64,000 nt of DNA from an uncultured delta proteobacterium (GCA_963711565.1 CAVQEQ010000001.1:224001-288000), one strand, 5' to 3'; counted from the first letter of the stretch, positions 1-9,819 are shown. Numbers and translations: made by a program. The notes: generated by a model not told the origin, from the letters alone.

Positions 1-1333
1 GCGCGCTGAGCCGCCCCTTCGCCAGCCTGATGTCCAGCTCGTCGTCGAGCTTCACCGTCGCCGCGTCGAGCACCGCGCGCGAGTTGCTCTTGTTGATGAC
101 GACGGCGTAGCCGCGGTCGAGAACTCTGAGCGGCGACAAGGCGTCGAGCCGCCCCGCCATCGCACCGAGCTGGCGTCGTTTGGCTTCCAGAGCCGATGCG
201 GCGCCATGCACGAGATTGATCCGGAGACGCGAGGTCGCAACGCGCAGCTCGCGGACTCGCGCGTCGGGACTGCGAAGACGCAAGCGCAATTCGCGGACGC
301 CGCGACGTTGGTCCGCGATTCGTGAGGACACTGCGTCGGCAAGATCGGCCTCGAGGGCGGCGACGCGATCGCGCGCGTCGGCGACAATGCTGCCGGGATG
401 ACGGATGCGATCGGCGAGGTCGTCAACCGATTCGCGGCGGCCCGACAGTTCGCGCGCCATCACGCTCGCGAGCGACGCGCCGAGTGATTCGACGCGCTCC
501 TTCAGCTCGTCGAGACTGGGCACGACCATCTGCGCGGCCGCAGTGGGAGTGGGCGCGCGAAGGTCGGCGACAAAATCGGCGATCGTGTAATCGACTTCGT
601 GGCCGACGGCGGAAATCACGGGAATCAGCGAGCGGAAAATCGCGCGCGCGACGATCTCCTCGTTGAACGCCCACAAATCTTCGAGCGAGCCGCCGCCGCG
701 GCCGACGATCAGCACCTCGGCGCGGCCGTCGCGATTGAGATCGGCGATCGCGTCGGCGATCTCCTGTGCCGAGCCGTCGCCCTGCACTCTCGCGGGCCTG
801 AAGATCACCTGCATGCTCGGGAAGCGATCGAACAAGATGCGCAGCATGTCGCGGAGTCCCGCGCCGCCGCGCGCCGTGACGATCCCGATGCGTCGCGGCA
901 GGAAGGGTATCGCGCGTTTCCGGGCGCGGTCGAACAATCCCTCCGCTTCGAGTCGCCGCTTCAGCTGCTCGAATGCGACCTGCAACGCGCCGACGCCGCG
1001 TGGCTCCATCTCCTCGGCGTAAAGTTGCAGCGAACCACGCTGTTCGAAGATTTGCACGCGGCCGCGAACGATCACTTCCATCCCGTCGAGAACCTTGAAG
1101 CGCATCCGCTGGAACGCCGACTTGAACATCACAGCGTTGATGGCGCTGCGGGAATCTTTCAGCGTGAAATAAAAATGATTGGACGGCGCGAGCCGCGCGT
1201 TCGAGATCTCGCCTACCACCCAGCCCTCGCCAAGATTTGCGTCGAGGGTATCGCGGACCATCCGCACCAGGTCCGATACGGTGATCAGACCGGTGCGATG
1301 GCCGCGCAAAGAAAGATTGAGCTGCCCCGCCAT
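1..1333 (-). CDS. xseA: Exodeoxyribonuclease VII large subunit (3' end runs off window)
   Basis: Read manually (absent from ORF track): MAGQLNLSLRGHRTGLITVSDLVRMVRD...WVVGEISNARLAPSNHFYFTLKD, later GRGGGSLEDLWAFNE and SAVGHEVDYTIADFVADLRAPTPTAAA. Confidence 0.95.
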   Translation of the reverse strand, partial: MAGQLNLSLRGHRTGLITVSDLVRMVRDTLDANLGEGWVVGEISNARLAPSNHFYFTLKDSRSAINAVMFKSAFQRMRFKVLDGMEVIVRGRVQIFEQRGSLQLYAEEMEPRGVGALQVAFEQLKRRLEAEGLFDRARKRAIPFLPRRIGIVTARGGAGLRDMLRILFDRFPSMQVIFRPARVQGDGSAQEIADAIADLNRDGRAEVLIVGRGGGSLEDLWAFNEEIVARAIFRSLIPVISAVGHEVDYTIADFVADLRAPTPTAAAQMVVPSLDELKERVESLGASLASVMARELSGRRESVDDLADRIRHPGSIVADARDRVAALEADLADAVSSRIADQRRGVRELRLRLRSPDARVRELRVATSRLRINLVHGAASALEAKRRQLGAMAGRLDALSPLRVLDRGYAVVINKSNSRAVLDAATVKLDDELDIRLAKGRLSA

Positions 1334-1485
1334 TGCGCGCTTAGCTTATCAGAACGAGTTGCCGGTCACCTATAAGGCGCGTCAGATGAGCTTTTCGATT
1401 CTGGAGAAGACAGACTTCTTCGCGGCCGGACTCTACCGAGAAGGTCCGCCTTGAAAGCAGCGTTCGCGCGAAGGATACTAATGCG

Positions 1486-1683
1486 ATGAATGGGAAGCAG
1501 AAAAGAGCTGCCAAGCCGGGTCCAACGGATCTCAACACCCGTGAAGCGGTCGAACAATTCCGCAAGGCGGCTGAAGAGTTCACGAAGAAGGCTACGAGAT
1601 CCAGAGAATCGGCGATGAAGGTGCTGGTTGAGGCCGGGATTTACACGAAGTCCGGCAAGCTCACCAAGAATTACCGGTCCTGA
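1486..1683 (+). CDS. Small basic helical hypothetical protein, possible antitoxin partner
   Basis: 65-aa ORF ending ...VLVEAGIYTKSGKLTKNYRS, 18 bp upstream of the ART-like gene. Confidence 0.7.
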   Translation: MNGKQKRAAKPGPTDLNTREAVEQFRKAAEEFTKKATRSRESAMKVLVEAGIYTKSGKLTKNYRS

Positions 1684-1701
1684 TCGCCAAACAGTTCCCG
1701 G

Positions 1702-2295
1702 TTGCATCAACTCGCTGCGAGTTTCGTTCTTGGCTACCACGGCTGTGACAAGGCCGTCGGCGAGCGAATCCTGAGAGGCGAGCCGTTCAAGGAAAGTAAT
1801 AACGACTATGACTGGCTCGGTCCCGGGATCTATTTCTGGGAAGCCAATCCTCTTCGCGGCCTCGACTTCGCCCGCGAAGCCAAGAGACGTGGCACATCCA
1901 ACATCGAACGGCCGTTCGTCATTGGCGCGGTGATATCGCTTGGGCTGTGCCTGGATCTCACGACCACCGCTGGAGTCGAACAAGTCCGCGCTGCCCACAG
2001 CTCTCTCGCGGAATCCACTGCCGTCGGTCGCGTCGAACTACCCCCGAATGGGCCCGACGGCCTCCTGCGACGATTGGATTGTGCGGTCATACAAATGGTC
2101 CACGCAATCCGGCGCGACCGAAGCGATCAGCCCGTCAACACGGTGAAGGGCGTATTCATCGAGGGCCGACCGGTTTACGAGGGTTCGGGCTTTTACGAGA
2201 GAACTCATATCCAAATTGCAGTGCGCAACCTCGACTGCATCAAAGGCGTATTCCGGGTTCCAGCGGCCCAGCTTCGATCAGTCAATCGAGCATGA
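1702..2295 (+). CDS. Hypothetical protein with ADP-ribosyltransferase-like motifs
   Basis: YHG, WLGPGIYFWE and HIQIAVRN resemble the H-Y-(E/Q) ART fold. Confidence 0.6.
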   Translation: MHQLAASFVLGYHGCDKAVGERILRGEPFKESNNDYDWLGPGIYFWEANPLRGLDFAREAKRRGTSNIERPFVIGAVISLGLCLDLTTTAGVEQVRAAHSSLAESTAVGRVELPPNGPDGLLRRLDCAVIQMVHAIRRDRSDQPVNTVKGVFIEGRPVYEGSGFYERTHIQIAVRNLDCIKGVFRVPAAQLRSVNRA

Positions 2296-2863
2296 GCTTT
2301 TCGACGATTGACTTGGGGAGGGGCTCGCGGTCGCGCATCCGGCCCAAGTAGGAATCGCCGAGTAGTTTCTGCAGAGGGACTTCGGAAATTTCTGGAGCGG
2401 GATCGCAATCGCAGAGGATGCAGCCGGCGACTTTTATTCCGCGGCTCTCGCAGCGGCGCAGCGCTAGTGTCGTCGCATCGAGACAGCCGGGGCGATTGCC
2501 TACTATCACTATTACTTCGAGGTTGAGCATCGCGGCGAGGTCAGCGAAATCGATCGTGCTTGAGGATTCAACCAGGACGACGTCATTTTGCGCGGCGATT
2601 TCGTCGAAGCATCGCGAGATATGAGAGAGGTCGGGCGCCGGCGCGGGGGTTGAGCTGCAGCGGCATGGGCAAATTAGCTCCATCGGCGCGATGGAACCGA
2701 CTGCGAGCGCCAACGCTTGCGCATCCTGGGATTCGAGCGTGTCAACCGGTTTCATCACGCCGACGCGCATCCCCCGCGCCCGCATCGCGAATCCCAGCGC
2801 GCATCCGACGGTCGTTTTGCCGACTTGCGCGGCCGTACCGGTGATAAGGAATCGTCGCCCCAT
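2282..2863 (-). CDS. bioD: Dethiobiotin synthase-like protein, shortened and divergent
   Basis: FLITGTAAQVGKT, VGVMKPV, VVLVE, GNRPGCL; several catalytic positions degenerate. Confidence 0.7.
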   Translation of the reverse strand: MGRRFLITGTAAQVGKTTVGCALGFAMRARGMRVGVMKPVDTLESQDAQALALAVGSIAPMELICPCRCSSTPAPAPDLSHISRCFDEIAAQNDVVLVESSSTIDFADLAAMLNLEVIVIVGNRPGCLDATTLALRRCESRGIKVAGCILCDCDPAPEISEVPLQKLLGDSYLGRMRDREPLPKSIVEKLMLD

Positions 2864-2926
2864 GGCTGATCACGCTAAAAATTGAAGCTACCATCAATCC
2901 GATAGTTTTGATTGCTGGAGGGACCA

Positions 2927-3454
2927 ATGACCAACGCCAACGCACCCGTCGTCGAGAAATGGGAACGGCAGCGCATCCGGCATGTACATCGCCATAAGCC
3001 TGTCATCAATATCAATCAGGCTGACGCCGAGAAACTGACTAGCGGGCAGCGGATCGCGGATCGGCTGGCGACGGTGATGGGCAGTTGGTCGTTCATCATC
3101 GTGCAGTCGATAATTCTGGCGTTTTGGATCGTCTTGAACGTGGCGGCGTACGTCAATCATTGGGATCCCTACCCGTTCATCCTGCTCAACCTGGCGCTCA
3201 GTTTTCAGGCTGCGTACGCCGCGCCGATCATCATGATGTCGCAGAATCGGCAGGCCACGAAGGACCGGCTGATGGCCGAGCAGGATTACGAAATTAATCT
3301 AAAAGCCGAGGATGAGTTGAAATCGATCATGTCGCATCTCGAGCAGCAGGACGAAGTGATGCTCGACATCCTGCGCCGGATCGAGGGGCAGCATCAGGTG
3401 ATCATGGGAAGGCTCGATGTGGGAGCGGCCGGCGGCAGCAAAGCGCCGGCATGA
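2927..3454 (+). CDS. DUF1003 family membrane protein
   Basis: GQRIADRLATVMGSWSF, WDPYPFILLNLALSFQAAYAAPIIMMSQNRQ. Confidence 0.9.
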   Translation: MTNANAPVVEKWERQRIRHVHRHKPVININQADAEKLTSGQRIADRLATVMGSWSFIIVQSIILAFWIVLNVAAYVNHWDPYPFILLNLALSFQAAYAAPIIMMSQNRQATKDRLMAEQDYEINLKAEDELKSIMSHLEQQDEVMLDILRRIEGQHQVIMGRLDVGAAGGSKAPA

Positions 3455-3516
3455 CCTCACCCCTAACCCCTCTCCGTTCTGGAGACCCCTAACCCCTCTC
3501 CCTTCTGGAGAGGAGA
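3455..3516. repeat. REP-like CCTCACCC/CCTCTCC...GGAGAGG element with internal 26-bp tandem duplication
   Basis: CCCCTAACCCCTCTCC(G/C)TTCTGGAGA at 3460-3485 and 3486-3511. Confidence 0.75.
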
Positions 3517-3519
3517 ACC

Positions 3520-3558
3520 AAAAAAAGCGCCGGACATCATCGCGATGCCCGGCGCTTT
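3520..3558. terminator. Intrinsic terminator between convergent genes, probably bidirectional
   Basis: A7-GCGCCGG.CATC-loop-GATG.CCGGCGC-TTT hairpin. Confidence 0.75.
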
Positions 3559-3579
3559 GCGCGTCTATGTGTTCGTAAC

Positions 3580-5019
3580 CTAGTTCGAGTTGCCGCTGTC
3601 GGCTGTGGCTCCCGGTACTGCCGGGGCCGGCTCGCCCTTGGCCAGCTGCATCTTGAACGTGTTCCAATGCTTCAGGATGTCGATCGCGCGATCGAGCTGC
3701 ACGTCCTTCTCTTCTTTTGCCTTGGCGCCCTTCGCGCCCGGGCCATTGTCGTCGCCCTTGGTGGCTCCTGGAGCGGGTGCCGCACTCGTGCCGGGGGCGG
3801 GATTGTTCTGGTCTTTCTTCTGCCCGTTCTGGAAATGATGCGGCAGATCTCGCTCGTGGATTTCCGGGTTCTCGTCGAACTCGCCGCCCTCCTGCGTTAT
3901 CGACGCCATCGATTCCTTGGGTAGCTCGACATCGACATCAGGCGTGATTCCTACCGCCTGGATCGAGCGTCCGGCGGGAGTGTAGTAGCGCGCGGTCGTC
4001 AGCCGCAGGGCGGAATGATCGTCGAGCGGCAGGATTGTCTGCACCGAGCCCTTGCCGAAGGTCTGCGTGCCGAGGATCACGGCGCGCTTCTGATCCTGCA
4101 AGGCGCCGGCGACGATCTCGCTCGCGCTGGCGCTGCCGCCGTTGACCAGCACCACCATCGGGTAGTCAACGAACCCCGGCTTCTTGTGCGCGAAGTATTT
4201 CTGCTGCTGATTTTCCTCGCGCCCCTGGGTGTAAACGATCAGGCCGCCGTCGAGGAAATCGTCTGAGACTTTCACGGCCTGGTTCAGCAATCCGCCGGGG
4301 TTGTCGCGCAGGTCGAAAACGATTCCCTTGATCTTGCCGTGATCCTTCAATTCGAACTCGTCGATCGCCTTCTCGACGCCGTCGCCCGTGTTCTCCTGGA
4401 AAGTAGTGACGCGAATGTAACCGTAGCCCTCAGGCAGCATCTTCGACTTGACCGACTGAATCTTGATCACGTCGCGCGCGAGCGTCACCGTGAACAGCTC
4501 GGGCACGTTGTTGCGATGCAGGGTCAGCTTGATCTTGCTGCCCTTGGGTCCGCGCATCCGCTTGACCGCCTCGGTGAGCGACATGTCCTTGGTGAAGTCG
4601 TCGTCGATCTTGATTATCTGGTCGCCCGCCTTGAGCCCCGCGCGATAAGCCGGCGTATCCTCGATCGGCGCGACTACGGTCAGCGCGCCATTCTTGATGG
4701 TTATTTCGATCCCAAGTCCGCCGAAGCTGCCGCGGGTCTCGACTTCGAGGTCGCGGTACAGATCGGGCGTCAGGTACGCGCTATGCGGGTCGAGCGACGC
4801 CAGCATCCCGCTGATTGCGCCGTCGATCAGCTGCTTGGTCGTTACCGGTTCGACGTAGTTTTTCTGGACGATTGCGAGGACGCTCGCGAAGGTATCGAGC
4901 TCCTGGTAGGTGTCGTTCGAGAGCGCCTGGGCGCGGCGGACGGCGACCTCCTGGAGCGCCAGAAAACAAACGACCAGTGAGATCGCCAACGTGATTGACC
5001 ATCGATGTCTTTTAATCAT
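3580..5019 (-). CDS. ctpA: Carboxy-terminal processing protease, S41 family with PDZ
   Basis: LDPHSAY, GSFGGLGI, DLRDNPGGLL, SASASEIVAGALQD, TFGKGSVQT. Confidence 0.95.
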   Translation of the reverse strand: MIKRHRWSITLAISLVVCFLALQEVAVRRAQALSNDTYQELDTFASVLAIVQKNYVEPVTTKQLIDGAISGMLASLDPHSAYLTPDLYRDLEVETRGSFGGLGIEITIKNGALTVVAPIEDTPAYRAGLKAGDQIIKIDDDFTKDMSLTEAVKRMRGPKGSKIKLTLHRNNVPELFTVTLARDVIKIQSVKSKMLPEGYGYIRVTTFQENTGDGVEKAIDEFELKDHGKIKGIVFDLRDNPGGLLNQAVKVSDDFLDGGLIVYTQGREENQQQKYFAHKKPGFVDYPMVVLVNGGSASASEIVAGALQDQKRAVILGTQTFGKGSVQTILPLDDHSALRLTTARYYTPAGRSIQAVGITPDVDVELPKESMASITQEGGEFDENPEIHERDLPHHFQNGQKKDQNNPAPGTSAAPAPGATKGDDNGPGAKGAKAKEEKDVQLDRAIDILKHWNTFKMQLAKGEPAPAVPGATADSGNSN

Positions 5020-5129
5020 GAAAATTAGTTACTGTCGGAACACGTGATAGTGAGTTGTCCATTTAAGCAGATAAGACACCTTGATGCATACGACCACAAA
5101 ACCGCGCCGTTACGTCGATAACCCTCTTT

Positions 5130-5711
5130 TCACCCCTGCTTCGAGTCGAGCAGTTGCTGCAATGCGTCCCTGACGTTGGGGCGCGACCAGTCGAATGCAC
5201 CCATGTGGTGCGCGACGATCTGCCCCTTGCGATCGATTATGAACGTTTCGGGCACGCCGCTTATTTCGTAACTTTCCATCATCTTGTTCTCGGGGTCGAG
5301 CAGGATTGTGAAGCGGTACCCGTTCTTGGCGACGTACGGCGCGACGGCCGCGCGGCCCTTAACGTCCTGGCTGACCGCGAGCATCACGAAATCCTTGTTG
5401 TTCTTGAAGTCGTCGTACAGCGTCTGCATCGAAGGCATTTCCTCGCGGCACGGTTCGCACCAGGTTGCCCACACGTTCAGAAATACGACTTTGCCGCGCA
5501 GCGATTCGAGCGAGACGGTCGTGCCGTCCAGCTTCTCGAGGTTGAAGTTCGCCGCCTGGCTGCCGGCTGCCACGGGAGCCTCGGACTCCCCACTGATTTG
5601 AGACGGAGACTCGATGCGCGCGCCGCGATGCCCGCTCAGCACGATCAGCGCGAGGCCGGTAAGCACGACGATGCCCGCGACCAGGTAGAGGATTCTGTCC
5701 TTGATCTCCAT
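5130..5711 (-). CDS. TlpA/ResA-family membrane-anchored thiol-disulfide oxidoreductase
   Basis: N-terminal TM, LNVWATWCEPCREEMP, GVPETFIID. Confidence 0.92.
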   Translation of the reverse strand: MEIKDRILYLVAGIVVLTGLALIVLSGHRGARIESPSQISGESEAPVAAGSQAANFNLEKLDGTTVSLESLRGKVVFLNVWATWCEPCREEMPSMQTLYDDFKNNKDFVMLAVSQDVKGRAAVAPYVAKNGYRFTILLDPENKMMESYEISGVPETFIIDRKGQIVAHHMGAFDWSRPNVRDALQQLLDSKQG

Positions 5712-5716
5712 CGATA

Positions 5717-6581
5717 TCAGGCGCTTGCCGCGCCTACCGCCGCCCGACTTTCCTTTTCGCCCTGACCTGTAGCTGCATGGTCTTTTTCCCGAGTGAGGAT
5801 CAACGCGACGCCGCCGATGACCATCATCGCGAACGCAATCAGTTGCGCCTCACTGAACATATAGAAGACTCGCGGATTGATGCGCACGAACTCGACGAGA
5901 AAGCGCGCGGCCCCGCCGAGCAACAGGTACCAATACATAATGCGGCCGGCTGGATGAGAACGTCCTGCGCATCGACCACAGTATTGTAAACACGCCGATA
6001 TAGAGAATTGTTTCGTAGATCGGCGCCGGGTGGACACGGACACCGGGGAAGTACCCCGATACGAGTTGATAATGCTCGTCCAGCTTCAGAACAGTCTGCG
6101 GCCCCCAGCCGACGATCGCGTTTGGATAGGACATCGCCCACGGCAACGTGGACGGCAGCCCCCAGTCGCCATCGCCGGAGAGCAGGCATCCGATTCTGCC
6201 GATTGCCTGCCCGATTGCGAGCGCGGGTCCGCACATGTCCATCGTCACGCCAAACCCGATTCGATACCACCGCGACACGAAGTAAGCGCCGAGGAGTCCG
6301 CCGATCATGCCGCCGTAAAAGACGAAGCCCGAGCCCGAAAAAATCATCAACCTGGGATCGGCGAGGTAAGTCGGCAGGTCGTCCAGGATTGCGTAAAGGC
6401 GCGATCCGATCAGCCCCGCGACGGCGGCCACGATTACGATCGACGACGAATATTCGGGGTCGAGGCCACGCCGGATGCATTCGAGGCGGATAACGTAGTC
6501 AGCCGCCAGAAATCCCAGCGCCATCATCAGCCCGTAGCTGTAAACGGTCAGCGGGCCCAGGTGGAACAAGACAGGAATCAT
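5717..6581 (-). pseudogene. lgt: Prolipoprotein diacylglyceryl transferase with a frameshift near 5960 (or a sequence error)
   Basis: N-part YSYGLM, FYGG, GQAIGRIGC, HPAPIYE in ORF 5850..6581; C-part RFLVEFVR, SEAQ in ORF 5717..6043. Confidence 0.85.
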
Positions 6582-6682
6582 TGTTGGTTCAGATTATAGT
6601 ACGCGAGCGCCCTCGCCGACCACAGAGGCTTTCGCCTTGCGGTTGGCGGGGGCGAGGAGGCTCTCTACTATATGACGCAAGT

Positions 6683-7126
6683 ATGCGGGCAGTTGTTCAA
6701 CGGGTCAGCCGCGCCGAGGTGCGTATCGACGAGCGGGTCGTCGGCAAAATTGCGCGAGGATTCGTCGTGCTGCTCGGAGTTGCCGGCGGCGACAACGAGG
6801 CCGACGCGGCTCATCTCGTCGATAGAATCGTCGGGATGCGCGTCTTCGCCGACGACGCAGGCAAGATGAATCTGTCGATTGCGCAGGCCGGCGAACTGCT
6901 GGTCGTGTCGCAGTTCACGTTGATCGCCGACACCAACTCCGGCCGGCGGCCGTCGTTCATCAAAGCGGCGGCGCCGGAAGACGCGCGCCGCCTGTACGAT
7001 CACTTTGTCTCGCTCGCGCGGACCCGCGATGTTAAAGTCGAGACAGGAAAGTTCGGCGCGACGATGGAAGTAGATCTCGTCAACGACGGCCCTGTGACGA
7101 TCATCCTCGACAGTCGTGAGAAATAA
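6683..7126 (+). CDS. dtd: D-aminoacyl-tRNA deacylase
   Basis: MRAVVQRV, SQFTL, GRRPSF, NDGPVT. Confidence 0.96.
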   Translation: MRAVVQRVSRAEVRIDERVVGKIARGFVVLLGVAGGDNEADAAHLVDRIVGMRVFADDAGKMNLSIAQAGELLVVSQFTLIADTNSGRRPSFIKAAAPEDARRLYDHFVSLARTRDVKVETGKFGATMEVDLVNDGPVTIILDSREK

Positions 7127-7132
7127 GAAATA

Positions 7133-7606
7133 ATGCCGCGAGCGGGTTTCTATACGGTCGAATCGGGGAAGATCTCGTTTCGGCGCGACGGCAATTGGTA
7201 CAGCGACGACGAGCGGATCGACAACCCGCGCATCGCGCTGCTATTCAGCCAGAGCATCAAGCGCAATCCCGACGGCAGCTACTATCTGCAAGTCGCGGAG
7301 GAACGCGCGCCGATCACCGTTGAGGACACGCCGTACGTCGTGAAGGCGCTCGAGGATGACGAGCTGGGGGGATTCGTGATGATCCTCAACGACGACACTC
7401 GCGAGCCGCTCGATCCCGCCGCGCTCGAAGTTGGCGCGAACAACGTGATGTACGCGCGGGTCAAGGGCGGCGACGCTCGCGCGCGGTTCCTGCGGTCGGC
7501 GTACTACCATCTGAGCGACCGCTTCGAGTCCGACGACACCGGCCGCTTCTACCTCAATCTCAGGGGCCGTCGGTATCCGCTCGGCGGCGCGGCTGTCAGC
7601 AACTGA
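7133..7606 (+). CDS. DUF1285-like protein
   Basis: RRDGNWY, ERAPITVEDTPYVV, YARVKGGDARARF. Confidence 0.7.
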   Translation: MPRAGFYTVESGKISFRRDGNWYSDDERIDNPRIALLFSQSIKRNPDGSYYLQVAEERAPITVEDTPYVVKALEDDELGGFVMILNDDTREPLDPAALEVGANNVMYARVKGGDARARFLRSAYYHLSDRFESDDTGRFYLNLRGRRYPLGGAAVSN

Positions 7607-7608
7607 CG

Positions 7609-8094
7609 ATGGATTTAGTCGAGCCGAATCTGCACATCGTCCTGGTGCGTCCCGAGATTCCGCAGAACACGGGATCGATCGCGCGGCTGGCAGCGGCAGT
7701 CAAAGCGCGTCTTCACCTGGTCGGCCCGCTGGGATTCTCACTCGAGGATCGCTATCTGAAGCGAGCGGGGCTGGATTACTGGCCGCTGGTTGATTTGCGC
7801 ACTTACGAAGGGTGGAACCAGTTCGTCGCGACGCATCGCGATCCACCTTCGGCAAAATTCTTCTCGACGCATGCCGCCGCGTCCTATCTCGATGCGCACT
7901 ACAAGCTCGGCGATTTCCTGTTCTTCGGTGGCGAGACGAAAGGCCTCGGCAAGGAATTTCTGTCAGAGAGAACAGACCGCGTGTACAGGATTCCAATATT
8001 CGAGCCAGGCGTGCGCAGCCTGAATCTCTCCAACGCGGTATCGATCGTGGTGTACGAAGCGCTGCGCCAGACCGGCGCGCTCAGTTCTTCTTGA
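7609..8094 (+). CDS. trmL: tRNA (cytidine/uridine34-2'-O)-methyltransferase
   Basis: PEIPQNTGSIAR, KRAGLDYW, FGGETKGL, RSLNLSNAVSIVVYEA. Confidence 0.95.
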   Translation: MDLVEPNLHIVLVRPEIPQNTGSIARLAAAVKARLHLVGPLGFSLEDRYLKRAGLDYWPLVDLRTYEGWNQFVATHRDPPSAKFFSTHAAASYLDAHYKLGDFLFFGGETKGLGKEFLSERTDRVYRIPIFEPGVRSLNLSNAVSIVVYEALRQTGALSSS

Positions 8095-8314
8095 CGCCGC
8101 AACTGCCGCAGCCACTGCCGCAGCCGCCCTTCTCGTTCTCGGCGGGTGGCGGACCGAAGTAGTAGCCCGCCTGCTCGAGCTCGCCGGGCGAGACCCATTT
8201 GAGATTCTCGACAATGGGCGCATCGCAATGCACGCAGACGCGCCCTTCGTTGCCGTCCTCGTCGATCGCGACGTAGGTCAGCACCGACTTGCCGCACGCG
8301 GCGCAATCCGCCAT
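8081..8314 (-). CDS. Small Cys-rich zinc-ribbon protein
   Basis: CAAC...CVHC and C-terminal GGCGSGCGSCG. Confidence 0.7.
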   Translation of the reverse strand: MADCAACGKSVLTYVAIDEDGNEGRVCVHCDAPIVENLKWVSPGELEQAGYYFGPPPAENEKGGCGSGCGSCGVKKN

Positions 8315-8404
8315 CGGAAATGAACTATCGCGAAGCGAAAGTAGGGGCGTGGGCATCGAACTCCACATTACACGATTGTAAGTGAAATTCGATGCCTCGC
8401 TTGG

Positions 8405-8737
8405 TCAGCCGCGATGCTGCGCGTCGCCGTGCGCTTCATGCGCTACAGCGTGTCCGCCAGCAACCCCATGGCCTGCGGCATAGCCATGACCTACATAGCC
8501 ATGACCTACATAGTCATGACCGTATCCATGCGCGAAACCATAATGGTCATAGCCCCATGGATGTCCGCCAACGTAGGCCGGACCAAACATCGAGGGCCCG
8601 TAGGCATATGTCGGGTATCCACCTCCATAACCGCCGCCACCCCATCCGCCGCCTGGACCGTAGAAGCAGCCCTGCGCTGTAAACATGAAGAATACGAGCG
8701 ACAGAGCGCCAAGTGTTGTGTAGATTTTGCGTTTCAT
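8405..8737 (-). CDS. Gly/Tyr/His-rich low-complexity lipoprotein
   Basis: MKRK + hydrophobic stretch + AQGC lipobox-like motif; GAGG upstream; GHxY repeats. Confidence 0.75.
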   Translation of the reverse strand: MKRKIYTTLGALSLVFFMFTAQGCFYGPGGGWGGGGYGGGYPTYAYGPSMFGPAYVGGHPWGYDHYGFAHGYGHDYVGHGYVGHGYAAGHGVAGGHAVAHEAHGDAQHRG

Positions 8738-8827
8738 AAGCTCTGTGCCTCTATGTAGTAGACGTTGAAACGGTCGGTCAGGATACGGAGGCGAAGGAGT
8801 GACGAACATGCCTGGAACAGTGCGATA

Positions 8828-8840
8828 AATCAAATAGTTA
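8828..8840 (+). promoter_or_regulatory. IHF binding site
   Basis: AATCAAATAGTTA is an exact WATCAANNNNTTR match in an AT-rich intergenic region. Confidence 0.55.
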
Positions 8841-8907
8841 GAATGACCGAACAATGAAAAATAGTCGGTTTGGGTCTGTTGTAATTCTTGCAACTTGCGA
8901 AGCAGCT

Positions 8908-9819
8908 CTACTGACGCCGATAAGGTTCGCCCAGAGCGCTGGGCGCGGCCGCCTGTCCACCGAAGGCCGCCAGCACCACGATGGTCAGCGCATACGGGAG
9001 CGCGAGAAACAGCTGGTACGGTACGACGGTGCCGAGCGCCTGGAGTCCGAACTGCAAAGCCATCGCGGCGCCGAATAGTAATGATGCGGCGGCGAGGCCC
9101 CATGAATTCCAGCGACCGACGATCACCACCGACAGCGCGACGAAGCCGCGGCCGGCCGAGATGTTCTCGACGAAGGTGTTGGCGTACGCAAGCGTCAGGA
9201 ACGCGCCGGCTAATCCTGTCAGCGCACCCGACACGATCAGCGCCTGCCATCGCGTCGCGATTACGCCGAGGCCGAGCGCGTCGGCCGCTTCGGGACGCTC
9301 GCCGCAAGCGCGCAGACGAAGGCCGTAGCGCGTGTGGGCGATCAGATACCAGAGCACGGGCACGAGGAGGAACGTCAAATACACAAGCGCGTTGTGATCG
9401 AAGAGCACCGGGCCGAGGATTGGGATTCGCGCGAGCGGACCGAGCGGAAGTTTTGCGATCGGCGCCACCATGAACGCCTTGCCGGTCACGCCGAACAGCT
9501 TGCGATAGAAGACGCCCGTCAGTCCGAGCGCGAGGATACTGACGGCGGTGCCGGTGACGACCTGGTTGACGGCGAGATTGACGACGAGGAACGCGAAGAT
9601 CGCATTGATCGCGACGCCCGCCCCGATTGCGCCCACAATCCCTAAGCCATCACTGCCGCTGAAGTACGCGATCGTGAGCGCGGCGAACGCACCGGCAAGC
9701 ATCGCGCCTTCGATACCGATATTGACGACACCGCTCTCCTCGACCAGCAGCTCGCCCAACGCGGCGAGCAGGATCGGCGTCGCCATCGTGATCACGGAGA
9801 CCAGGAACGCTTCAAGCAT
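8908..9819 (-). CDS. ABC transporter permease (CUT2/nucleoside type)
   Basis: SGVVNIGIEGAML, GLRLRACGE, AGRGFVAL, LPY. Confidence 0.9.
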   Translation of the reverse strand: MLEAFLVSVITMATPILLAALGELLVEESGVVNIGIEGAMLAGAFAALTIAYFSGSDGLGIVGAIGAGVAINAIFAFLVVNLAVNQVVTGTAVSILALGLTGVFYRKLFGVTGKAFMVAPIAKLPLGPLARIPILGPVLFDHNALVYLTFLLVPVLWYLIAHTRYGLRLRACGERPEAADALGLGVIATRWQALIVSGALTGLAGAFLTLAYANTFVENISAGRGFVALSVVIVGRWNSWGLAAASLLFGAAMALQFGLQALGTVVPYQLFLALPYALTIVVLAAFGGQAAAPSALGEPYRRQ

